Made by a program: the position numbers and the translations under genes. Source: Nematocida ausubeli (Eukaryota). From it: DNA of 64,000 nucleotides. Below the pieces are notes generated by a model. That model searched no databases, was not told the DNA's origin, and worked only from the letters and a program-made list of their open reading frames with translations. Shown here piece by piece: positions 31,355 through 41,183 of this stretch; positions within the stretch are counted from its first letter, which is position 1; every line of letters starts with the position of its first letter. The DNA lies in NCBI RefSeq assembly GCF_000738915.1, contig NW_026515635.1, positions 310,001 to 374,000 on the forward strand, written 5' to 3'.

Positions 31355-34057
31355 CTACTGTAAATTCGATTGGTTTACTAGAATTTGCATATCACTCACT
31401 TTATCTGGTGTAGAAGAAATAGTGTCAAATATACTTAAATGTTTTAGAATATCACATGGTATGTAGTCTACCATTTGCGATTTAATTTCATTCTTTAAAG
31501 CATCCGAATATTTTTTGTCCTGTTTGATATAATGGGCCCATACAGAATATAATATATTCCCTAGCATATGTCCATGCAAGTCATCATATTTGTGTAAGGT
31601 TTGTATAATACTCTGCGCATGCACTGTATTATTGTCCTTAAATATGGCTTGGATGAACCTCTTGCAGTACTTGGAATGCAGCAGCAAGGAAGCACCAGAA
31701 ATAACAGAGCCCTTTCTTTCTTCTATGTATGAATTAATGCCTTGGACTATTTCCTCCGGGGTCTCGCTCAGTAGGATCACTTCTGCACGAGATTCCAGCA
31801 AGAGCGCACTCTGTCTTATTTGCACCCAGAAAATGCTAGGCAAAGATATTTTATTGTATAGACTAGACTGGCCTGCGTAGGATATGCTTGGGAATATTCT
31901 TCTATGGACTATTGCAGGCTCGAAGTACATATATCCTATTATGTTGGAAATAAACCGAATCACTGGGTGGTCACTTGTCATTTCGCATCTGTATGTATAG
32001 GATACAATACAGGCCATCAGCCTAGATAGATTCTCTCGCAGAAGATTTGGGGTTAAAACCAAAAGCAAAGCATTAATATTATTGAATTCTTCCTTGTCCG
32101 CTCTTTTGACTGCACGCATTATTAAAGACTTCGTCTTCTCAGATCTATCAACTACGAAGTTGTCCAGTGTGGTTCTAATATAATGACCTACTAGGTGATC
32201 TATGAAATTATTATGTTCTTTCAAAAATTTCTTAGAATCTTGAAATACCTGAGCTATATCATCCTGTGCCTTAATGCTGTAAGACTTCTCTATCCTGAAA
32301 GAGGTGTGTGCGGGGCCAACACCCAAAAACATAGTGGAATAGATTAATTTGGTATTGCTGTAACTAATACTTATGTTCCCAAATAAATCTATTTCTTCTT
32401 TAGAATTCTCTCTAATGCCCTTAGTGACTGAACAAAATAAAACATCTACATAATCATTAGAAGACAGAGAGGAAATTATTTTCTTCATTAAAATTGCTAA
32501 TTCTGCAAGTATGTGATCTATAGGGACTTCTTTTTTGTATAATGCTATCTCTACTGCCATAATACGATACACATCTTCTTCTAGACGTCCACCTAGTGCA
32601 CTAATTGCATAGAGCAAGTTTATGATTCCTCCAGATATATCCTTTTCATTCTTTGTATATTTAACGCATGGATTTTTCGTTTTTAAAATAACTTTCCCCC
32701 AGTCATCCATCATGGCTTCACTAGTGAACTCTCTAACAGACCTGTACTTTGTGAAGAAATCTAAAAGTGCAGAAGGTGCATTTGGAATATGCGAAGTATC
32801 GTAGGATTTTTGAGAAATGCTGTACATCATGCACTTGAACATCGAAAGCAGGAGATATTCTGTTTTTAAGGCCAAAGGAATATTCTTTCCTTTTTTCTTA
32901 GAATAGTCCTCTCTCTTTATTATATTTTTATTGTAAATGAATGTAGAGTTGTCTAAAACATGGAAAGGAGTCCTATTATGCAGTTCCTTAATCCTCCGAA
33001 CATCACACAGAATTCTTGCGTAATCATAGACTTTGCTTAAATTGTACTTGTTGTCTGGCAAAAAGCATCTGCAGTACATTTTTATGGTGCTTTCCATCGC
33101 CTCTTTATGAATCCTTTTATGCATGTACAGATTAGCATGGTCGCGCAGAATACTGTGCACAGCAGTTATAAACTCAGCGGCCTCCTTTATACTATTCATA
33201 ATCTCGAAAAGATACATCTGTATCATAAACTGCTTGCTGCTCATGAAGTGCCCGCATTCAAATTCATACAAGGTCTTTGGTTCTCTATAGTAGCTGGGAT
33301 TTTTCTCTGAATAAAAGTTCTTGTACTTAATGAAAAAAGAAATCACTTCTTCTGGCACGCATACTAAGATGTTATCGTTTGTCTCTTTTTCTACTTTCCT
33401 TATGTAATTCGTTATGGAAATTGAAAAGCATAAATTCTTTCCATCCGCATACCATAGTATAAGATCTACCTCAGAGGTCTGCTCGTTTCTATGGAGTTCA
33501 AGCGGCACATCAAATCCTTCAGAGAGAAGAACCATAGCAGCTAGAATGTAGCTAGCATGCGGTTTTACCTCTGAACAATTCAAGAACCTATAGAATGAAT
33601 CTCCTTTTAGCGTCTTGGCAATAACATGCACATCGTACTGGTAAAATAGCTTGATAAATATGTTGTGGTAGTCTTTCATGTATGTACTTTCTACGTCCAC
33701 TGGATCTATATAGTCTTCTGGAAAAAGAAGATGCATATATGTTGGTGCATGTGAATATGCTGCATCCATATGGACACTTCTATCAAATTTATGTTTAATT
33801 TCTTCCACGCAGGTAGGAATGTATGAATATAGCTTGTAGTCTATATCTATCTCCGGTGAGAAAAGCCTTTTACTGTACATATACCCATTTCTATTGTATA
33901 TGTACCCGCGCATGAGGTTTAAAGGCCCTGCTGGATTTATTATATCTGAGCTTTCACCATTTATAAATCTAATCTTGTGCATTCTGGTTATCTCTTCGAT
34001 TTCAAACTGCGTAAATACTTTGTGGAATGCCAATATCCACAGCATTAGATATACCAT
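31355..34057 (-). CDS. Secreted protein resembling Nematocida large gene family 1 (NemLGF1)
   Basis: Signal-like MVYLMLWILAFHKVFT preceded by CCC; INPAGPLNLMRGYIY, KRLFSPEID, YILAAMVLLSEG and FMIQMYLFE recall this expanded family. More AT-rich than neighbouring genes. Confidence 0.7.
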   Translation of the reverse strand: MVYLMLWILAFHKVFTQFEIEEITRMHKIRFINGESSDIINPAGPLNLMRGYIYNRNGYMYSKRLFSPEIDIDYKLYSYIPTCVEEIKHKFDRSVHMDAAYSHAPTYMHLLFPEDYIDPVDVESTYMKDYHNIFIKLFYQYDVHVIAKTLKGDSFYRFLNCSEVKPHASYILAAMVLLSEGFDVPLELHRNEQTSEVDLILWYADGKNLCFSISITNYIRKVEKETNDNILVCVPEEVISFFIKYKNFYSEKNPSYYREPKTLYEFECGHFMSSKQFMIQMYLFEIMNSIKEAAEFITAVHSILRDHANLYMHKRIHKEAMESTIKMYCRCFLPDNKYNLSKVYDYARILCDVRRIKELHNRTPFHVLDNSTFIYNKNIIKREDYSKKKGKNIPLALKTEYLLLSMFKCMMYSISQKSYDTSHIPNAPSALLDFFTKYRSVREFTSEAMMDDWGKVILKTKNPCVKYTKNEKDISGGIINLLYAISALGGRLEEDVYRIMAVEIALYKKEVPIDHILAELAILMKKIISSLSSNDYVDVLFCSVTKGIRENSKEEIDLFGNISISYSNTKLIYSTMFLGVGPAHTSFRIEKSYSIKAQDDIAQVFQDSKKFLKEHNNFIDHLVGHYIRTTLDNFVVDRSEKTKSLIMRAVKRADKEEFNNINALLLVLTPNLLRENLSRLMACIVSYTYRCEMTSDHPVIRFISNIIGYMYFEPAIVHRRIFPSISYAGQSSLYNKISLPSIFWVQIRQSALLLESRAEVILLSETPEEIVQGINSYIEERKGSVISGASLLLHSKYCKRFIQAIFKDNNTVHAQSIIQTLHKYDDLHGHMLGNILYSVWAHYIKQDKKYSDALKNEIKSQMVDYIPCDILKHLSIFDTISSTPDKVSDMQILVNQSNLQ

Positions 34058-35062
34058 GGGTTTCTTCCTTTGTATATCGTGCTTTTTAAAGAATACTGCG
34101 TATTCCAGCGTTATTGTCTTTTTCTTCTTATCTGGTGCAGTCATAGATAATTTCTAAAATATTTTTAGCACTTTTTACTGTACATGCCATATTTCTGATA
34201 TAAATAACTCTAGATGAATTTTTGAAGCGTACTGGTATGTACAAAGACATAATTGTATGAAAGAACAAAGTGCTATACACAAAGAAAAATGCCTTTATGT
34301 AATAGAGTTGGCGTACCTCTGGAGCTTTCTTGTTGTTGTATGCATTGCATGCTCTGTGCTGCATCTGAGGATATATATGCTACTGGCAGCAACCGCAAAT
34401 AATGGTGTTGGTTAGTGCAGCAAGCCATTAGCTAATTAGTTTTTTTTATTCTGATAAATATGATAAAGTTAAATTAAGCATAGACTATTTAAAGAGCTGA
34501 GTTTTTGAATAAATGCTAAAGTTTAAGAATGGCTCTGTAGTCAAGTATAGAAGCCCTAAAATAACTGGATAGCAATAGAAAAAGCTTTGTCACTTCAAAA
34601 TTACACCTTGGATATAAAACCAATAAAATTCTCTGAAAAGACAAAACACGAGAACATTAGAGACATGCCTAAACAAGAGTACTTGCCAGAAATATTTTAC
34701 TATGAAAATAAAGCTGTCAACTTAACATTTGGGTTATAATGAGCTACTATCTGCATAATATGGCACCCTACCCACTATGGCATGCTAGTGTATATGATTT
34801 TGGATATTTAAAAATAGCTTCATGCACATATACCTGCATGTACTTTTTCTTTCTAAACTACCCCCAAGAAAATATAAAGTGTCTCTAACATATTACTATT
34901 ACTTAAATTGATTTATTGTTGTTCTAATGCTAGAGCACTTCAAGCTGATATATCTGGGCTATACATGCCTCGTGTGCTATGTATTGATCTTTCCTTTGGT
35001 TCGGATTATACGATGCAGCACATTCCTGTTAATACGCATATATTCGTTTTATTAGCTTTCTA

Positions 35063-36025
35063 CTACTCTAGTAAAATTGCATGTATATTGTTCTTCTCTT
35101 TCAAGAACAGCATATTGTCTGCATATACAACCTGCTCATTTTGTGTAAAACTAATTTCCTCATAGACGCTTTTCTTTGCATATATCATTTTTATCTTCTT
35201 CTTTGAGACTTTCATGGTGATTGACTTCAAGTTTATCACTGTTTCTCCAGTTACCATGCTATTTACATGCTCTTTCTTTTTTGTTGGCTCTTTCAATATA
35301 GACCGGATAATTGGCTTGAGATTCTTTCCTATTGGGATTTCTCGAAGTGTTTCGTCAAAGATCTGCATCTCTCCAAATGAAGAGACAAGGCATAGGTACC
35401 CGTTGAAAAAGAACGCTTTCTTTACATGTGTAACCTTGGAGAAGCATAGCAGCTCTTCAAAGACCTTCTCCAAATCCTTTACTTTTTTATAATATAGCTG
35501 CAATAGAACTCTGCTAAAGGTGTCAATGACAGAGAGAGGGATTGCCTTTGTTCTGACAAGAAACCCAAAGAGGTGGTTCGATATCTCCCAGGCTTTCTCC
35601 AAGAAACACTTGTTCTGTATTAGAAATATCTTTATCGACCCTTTCTCTGTAACTGACAGAAGATACCCGTTCAGCACGTTAAAAAATACAGTTGGCTCTT
35701 TGAGGTCTATCTTGTATGCAGCCTTCCTATTCTCTGGAGAGGGAAGAATCTGCCCAAACACTATAATGGGTGTATTGTTGATTGTGCTGCTTCTTAGCTC
35801 CTCCCATGCGTCGTGCCCTTTCTTTGGGATATAGATGTGCTTGTACATTCTGTCTTCTTTGCTTAGCACGGTTTTTGTCTTATTTGCCTTTCTTACCTCC
35901 TGCAGCCCTCTGCGAAACTCCTCTTCCAGGCCCTTCAGTATCTCTTCTCTTTGGGTGTATGTTGAAAGATCCTCCAAGTGGTCCACGCTTAGGGCTTCGC
36001 TCCATTCTTCTCTTTCTGTTCCCAT
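35063..36025 (-). CDS. Hypothetical protein (320 aa)
   Basis: Long ATG-started ORF divergent from Neo1; beta-rich; no family recognised. Confidence 0.7.
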   Translation of the reverse strand: MGTEREEWSEALSVDHLEDLSTYTQREEILKGLEEEFRRGLQEVRKANKTKTVLSKEDRMYKHIYIPKKGHDAWEELRSSTINNTPIIVFGQILPSPENRKAAYKIDLKEPTVFFNVLNGYLLSVTEKGSIKIFLIQNKCFLEKAWEISNHLFGFLVRTKAIPLSVIDTFSRVLLQLYYKKVKDLEKVFEELLCFSKVTHVKKAFFFNGYLCLVSSFGEMQIFDETLREIPIGKNLKPIIRSILKEPTKKKEHVNSMVTGETVINLKSITMKVSKKKIKMIYAKKSVYEEISFTQNEQVVYADNMLFLKEKNNIHAILLE

Positions 36026-36134
36026 GTGTGCTGAAAAATTATCCTATTCCTATTTATGCGCATGAAGGCTTGATTGGCTGAGTATAAAACATGTGTTTAT
36101 TCTTGTTTATTTTGCAAGGCCTAGAAGTAGAGAG

Positions 36135-39056
36135 ATGACCATAGGCAAGCGAGTACAGAAAAACATGGAAATGGAAGAGAGACACTTTTTTGTAAATGGA
36201 TCTCTTGAGCGAACACACAACAACCTGAAAAGCCCAGTGGAAAAATATCCAAAGAATATTATATGTAACCAAAAATATTCACTCTTGACATTTATTCCCT
36301 TGGTATTTGCGCAGCAGCTGAAACACTTTCTGAACATATTTTTCATGACGGTGATGGTTCTGCAGGGCTTTCCCCCTGTGCGGGTCTCGCATCCTCTTAC
36401 CTCAGTCTTCCCGTGGGCCTTGGTGCAGATATTTGTCTATATCAAGGAGGGCATGGATGACTACAAGCGGTATAAAAGAGACAAGGAGGCAAACGATAAG
36501 CAGTGCACGCGATACACTGTGGGAGGGCCTGTGAGAGTGCCCGCCTCGGAGCTGGCAATTGGCGATCTTATCGTTGTAAGCAAGGATGAAAGAGTGCCTG
36601 CAGATGCAATGCTTCTGAAAACAGAAGACGCATCGGGGTCCATATTTGTAAGAACAGACCAGCTAGACGGAGAGACAGACTGGAAGATAAAAATGAGCCA
36701 CAGCATATTCCAGAGCGCAGAAAGCTTTGATGCAGTGGCCAAGCAGTACTTTGAGGTTGTGGCAGAGCCACCCAGCAAAGAAATATACTCCTTTAACGGA
36801 AAGCTATACGTGGACAACATCCAATATAAAGTGCACGAGGAGAACATGCTGTGGATGAACATGGTGATAGCCAGCGGCACATCCTTGTGTGTGGTGGTGT
36901 ACACAGGAAAGGACACGCGGTCTGTGATGAACACAACGAAAGCAAGGAACAAGTCAGGGCTTATAGACAGCGAGCTGAACTTCTACACAAAAATACTGTG
37001 CTCTATGGCCTTTTTGGTTGCAATTCTGTTCACAGTGCTGCGAGGCACATACTCTCTGTGGTACATCACGCTTGTTAGGTTTCTGATCATCTTCTCCACA
37101 GTAATTCCAATAAGCTTAAGAGTGAACATTGACTGGGCCCGCCTGGTCTATGCGCGAGGCATTGAGAATGACACAGACACGCCAATTGTGGTGCGAAACA
37201 GTAACATTCCAGAGGAGCTGGGGCGAATATCCTATCTTCTGACAGACAAAACAGGCACGCTGACCACAAATGAAATGGAAATTAAGAAAATGCACACGGG
37301 AGATCTGTGCTACACCCCAGACTTTATACAAGAGATATATGAAATGATCACACACCCAAAGTCACCTGCAGACCATGCAGCGTGCGAGCTTCTGACCGCC
37401 ATGTGCTTGTGCAACAACGTGATACCATATACAGAGAACAATGAAATAGGATACATCTCCTCCAGCCCAGATGAAATTGCTATGGTGCGATGGGCAGAAA
37501 AGGTGGGAATAACTCTGTGCGGGCGAGGCCCAGGCTGGGTAGAGATTAAAACGGCAGGTGTAAAGAAGAAGTACGAGCTGCTGCACACAATTAGGTTTAC
37601 CAGCGAAAAAAAGTGTATGGGCGTGGTTATAAGGAGTAATGATAAAGTATATCTCTATATGAAAGGCGCAGACAGCGTAATGAAAAAACTCGTTATCGGC
37701 AAGGATTGGATGGAAGAGGAGGCTCAGTCAATGGCGAAGGAAGGCCTGCGAACCATGGTGTTTGGAAAAAGGCTTGTCTCTGAAGACGAAATTAAAGAGC
37801 TGGCGCAGACGCATACCATATCTGAGAGTGGGCTGGATCTTCTGGGTGTGACTGGTGTGGAGGATAAGCTGCAGGACGATGTAAGGGTCTCTTTGGAAAC
37901 GCTTCGAAATGCAGGCATAAAGATATGGATGCTTACTGGGGACAAAGTGGAAACAGCCAGATGCATTGCAGTCTCATCTAGGCTTTTTTCTAGATGCAGC
38001 CACATTTTAACAATAACAGAGGTGAAGACGCGGCAGGACGCAGACCAGGCCATCAAGAAAATAGAAAGAGAAAAAGACTGCCTTGTGATAGATGGGTCGA
38101 GTCTTCAGGTGCTAATGAATATCTACAAAGAGGAGTTCATCACTGCAGTCTCTCTGCTCTCTGCTGTTGCATTCTGTAGATGCTCGCCCACCCAAAAGGC
38201 GGAAATAGCTAAAGAGCTGGCAAGGATAACCAAGAAAAGAGTGTGCTGTATAGGTGATGGCGGGAATGACGTGAGCATGATTCAGCAGGCAAATGTAGGA
38301 ATTGGTATTGTTGGAAAGGAGGGAAGACAGGCTTCACTCGCTGCTGACGTAAGTGTTAATGAGTTTAAGGCAATTGTTGACCTGATACTCTGGCATGGAA
38401 GGAATTCCTATAAAAACACTGCAAAGCTTGCTCAGTTTATAATCCACAGAGGAACCACTCTCGGTGTAGCACAGGCAATCTTTTCGTCTCTGTTCAACTT
38501 CTGCCCAATCTCCATATACCAAGGTAAGATATCAATTGGATATGTTACTTTCTATACATTTTTGCCTGTTTTCAGCATTGTTCTGTCTAAGGACATGACC
38601 AAGAAGGTCTCCCGAAAGTTTCCTGAGCTGTACTCTGATATATCGAATGGAAGTGTCCTGAATAATAGCACGTTCAGTACATGGATGTTCATGGGCTACT
38701 ACCAGGGCGTTGTCATTATGATACTTACGCTGCTGTTCTTTGAAAGTGCACTTATTCAGCTTGTTAGCATTACTTTTTCGTGCTTGGTGTTGAATGAGCT
38801 GCTTATGGTTTTTCTATGTGTAAGTAAGGTGCACAAGCTGATGCTAATTGCACAAAGCGTTTCAATCTTCCTCTATCTCATTAGCTTTAAGGTGCTTTCT
38901 GATGAAATACAGATTCCAGCAGAGTGGAGAAAGTTCCTGCTACAAGTTTTACTGGTAAATATTATTGCAATACTACCAGCATTTGCGCAGTGTGCCTGGA
39001 GGCTTTGGATGAACCCGCCAAGTTATAGAAAAATACAAGCAACATATAGTTATTAA
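36135..39056 (+). CDS. NEO1: P4-type phospholipid-translocating ATPase (Neo1-like)
   Basis: TDQLDGETDWK, IPISLRVN, IPEELGRISYLLTDKTGTLT, WMLTGDK, CRCSPTQKA, IGDGGND, GKEGRQASLAAD. Confidence 0.93.
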   Translation: MTIGKRVQKNMEMEERHFFVNGSLERTHNNLKSPVEKYPKNIICNQKYSLLTFIPLVFAQQLKHFLNIFFMTVMVLQGFPPVRVSHPLTSVFPWALVQIFVYIKEGMDDYKRYKRDKEANDKQCTRYTVGGPVRVPASELAIGDLIVVSKDERVPADAMLLKTEDASGSIFVRTDQLDGETDWKIKMSHSIFQSAESFDAVAKQYFEVVAEPPSKEIYSFNGKLYVDNIQYKVHEENMLWMNMVIASGTSLCVVVYTGKDTRSVMNTTKARNKSGLIDSELNFYTKILCSMAFLVAILFTVLRGTYSLWYITLVRFLIIFSTVIPISLRVNIDWARLVYARGIENDTDTPIVVRNSNIPEELGRISYLLTDKTGTLTTNEMEIKKMHTGDLCYTPDFIQEIYEMITHPKSPADHAACELLTAMCLCNNVIPYTENNEIGYISSSPDEIAMVRWAEKVGITLCGRGPGWVEIKTAGVKKKYELLHTIRFTSEKKCMGVVIRSNDKVYLYMKGADSVMKKLVIGKDWMEEEAQSMAKEGLRTMVFGKRLVSEDEIKELAQTHTISESGLDLLGVTGVEDKLQDDVRVSLETLRNAGIKIWMLTGDKVETARCIAVSSRLFSRCSHILTITEVKTRQDADQAIKKIEREKDCLVIDGSSLQVLMNIYKEEFITAVSLLSAVAFCRCSPTQKAEIAKELARITKKRVCCIGDGGNDVSMIQQANVGIGIVGKEGRQASLAADVSVNEFKAIVDLILWHGRNSYKNTAKLAQFIIHRGTTLGVAQAIFSSLFNFCPISIYQGKISIGYVTFYTFLPVFSIVLSKDMTKKVSRKFPELYSDISNGSVLNNSTFSTWMFMGYYQGVVIMILTLLFFESALIQLVSITFSCLVLNELLMVFLCVSKVHKLMLIAQSVSIFLYLISFKVLSDEIQIPAEWRKFLLQVLLVNIIAILPAFAQCAWRLWMNPPSYRKIQATYSY

Positions 39057-40011
39057 TCGGGTATGAATAAATGTTAATAATTATCAATATATTGGATTTT
39101 AGATGTGTTGTACTGTTTTTGACTATATATGAGTGTATGCATACTTCTCTTAAATTTTTCACTGTAAAGTGTCTTTTATTTTTAACAGCATACTACAATC
39201 TTCATGCGCATTGTCTATTCATTAAACTGCATTTATACAAGATTTATATATGCTTTATACATGTTTTATACATTTATCCTGTACTCTCCATCTCTAATCT
39301 ACTTCTTCTGTGCAATGTCTTCATTCTCCTGTCTATGTCTTCTTATTATCCTTTCTTCTACATCTTTGCAAAAATAAACTCTACAATATTCGCACTACCA
39401 CTACTGTTCAGAAGGGTTTGTTTCTTCTAAAAAAAAGATAAAGACACACGAAAATCAGAAAACTGCACTTTTTGAAGAACCACTTCTGGCAAACACTCAG
39501 CGCAATGTAGAAAGCTGAACAAACTCCGCATCACATGCCAGCCACATAAAGAACAAAAAGGCCCTGCCCAGACATGAAAACCTATGCGTACACCAGCACA
39601 GAACTATACACGCATACCACACATGATATACATACACGTATGCACATACTATATACATACTACACATATGAAATATATATGCTGATAGAGACGCATCAGA
39701 AGTAGACAAGAATGTATTTCTATGACATGCCATGCAAGTGCCAAGACACCAGCCGTCTACCCCACCTACTCATCTGCACACACCTCTCTACATCAGTAGG
39801 TCTTTCTCCAGTGCCTGCTGCACATGTCTTGTACACACTCTCTCACTATATTAATTTTTCGTCATATGGCCCTCTGAGGTGCACAATTTGCACATAGACC
39901 GGGCTATACACGGCAATTAAGTAAACAAACAGCAGAATGTGGTCTAGAGTGCACTTAGAAGGGCCCACTGCACACATTTCCCAATTTGATCATTTTTTGG
40001 AAGTATTTAAG

Positions 40012-40623
40012 GAGCACGCACTCTGCATTTCAGAACACCAGGAGAGCTGCATCTGTCTCACGGCGCAGTGTAGAGAAGAGGGCTGGCTAGGAGGTGGCAG
40101 GAGCAAGCCGGCACTAACCCTGCCGGTGGGTCGTCCACTATTATCATTCCCTTCGGGGTAGCCTATATGGCCATATGGAGTAGCTTGGATGCCAACTTTG
40201 TCATTAGGAAATTCCGCGCATGTTCTTTTTACCTTGATGCTTGTACATTTAATATTTAGAACCGCTGCGTTGTCTAAGCCGAAGTGGCACTGAACTATGC
40301 GTGCACTGGACTTCCCTGCTCCTGTCCTCAGCACCGACTGGCCCTCTCCTCTGCGCGGCGCGCGCGATGGCCTGCCGTGCTGTCTGCAGCGCTCAGGCAA
40401 ACAGCAGCATGCGCGGGCCGCTGGGTTCTCAGGCCAGTCGCAAGACGCCGCTCTCCCTGCATATGCAGCAGCTAACCACTACATGTGTATGCAGCGAGCG
40501 AAGATGTGCTGTGTGCAGGCAGTACATGGCGCCCGTACATGGCCGGTACACACTATTATTAATAAACAGCCGCTCCCGATCTGCCTGCTGTCTTGCTGTA
40601 CTGTGTCCGCACTTTGTGTGCTC
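40012..40623 (+). ncRNA. Large structured non-coding RNA candidate (possibly telomerase RNA)
   Basis: GC/CpG-rich island in a 2-kb gene-free gap; multiple long complementary arms with G-U pairs on the + strand; C(UUCG)G tetraloop at 40149-40158; closing arms 40012-40020 with 40615-40623. Confidence 0.6.
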
Positions 40624-41183
40624 AACTAATATTCCTTGTCCGCAAGCCTCGAATGGCTTTTTATCTTAAACTCTTTTACTGTGCTGCTGGTATAAATATC
40701 AGTGGTGTATGCCACATAACAATAGTACTAAACATAGCAAGAATTTATATATTGGGAGTAAGAAGTGCATAAAACTGCATGATATATAAGAATAATACTG
40801 CATCTATTGGATGTACGCAGTATTTAAGGGCACAATATATTGTTTAAGTTCTATTAATTCGGTCTCTTTATTATGTATATGACACGTTTCTTTGAAGTAA
40901 TAGTAGTAATAAAATCTTTTCTCTTAGTAAGGAATAGCCAAGAAAATATTATTTGTGAATAGCTATATGCTCTTGCATGGATTTATAGCACTTTTATGTA
41001 CTTTTAGTAGATAGTAATAACTATGCAATGAATTAAATTCAATGGGTTGAGTGCCGTGATAATGGTTGCAGTGTGTCAAATAATTGCTTGTGTATTTAGC
41101 AGTAGATCTTTATAAAGTATTAACAACATGTTTAAAAGATGCTGGAAGGTAGAGACATTCGTATAATATGTATTCAGATTAGG

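Noticed and set aside
39658..39665. GTGTAGTA on the minus strand (U2 branch-recognition motif)
   Set aside because: Lies in low-complexity CA/TA sequence without flanking U2 sequence.
40200..40320. RNase P/MRP or SRP identity for the structured RNA (GGAAATTC on +, GGAAGTCC on -)
   Set aside because: No matching CR-V partner in the right topology and no SRP helix-8 motif found by eye; not formally excluded without Infernal.
39937..40669. Short overlapping ORFs in the GC-rich island
   Set aside because: No recognisable protein features; expected from high GC; better explained by RNA structure.
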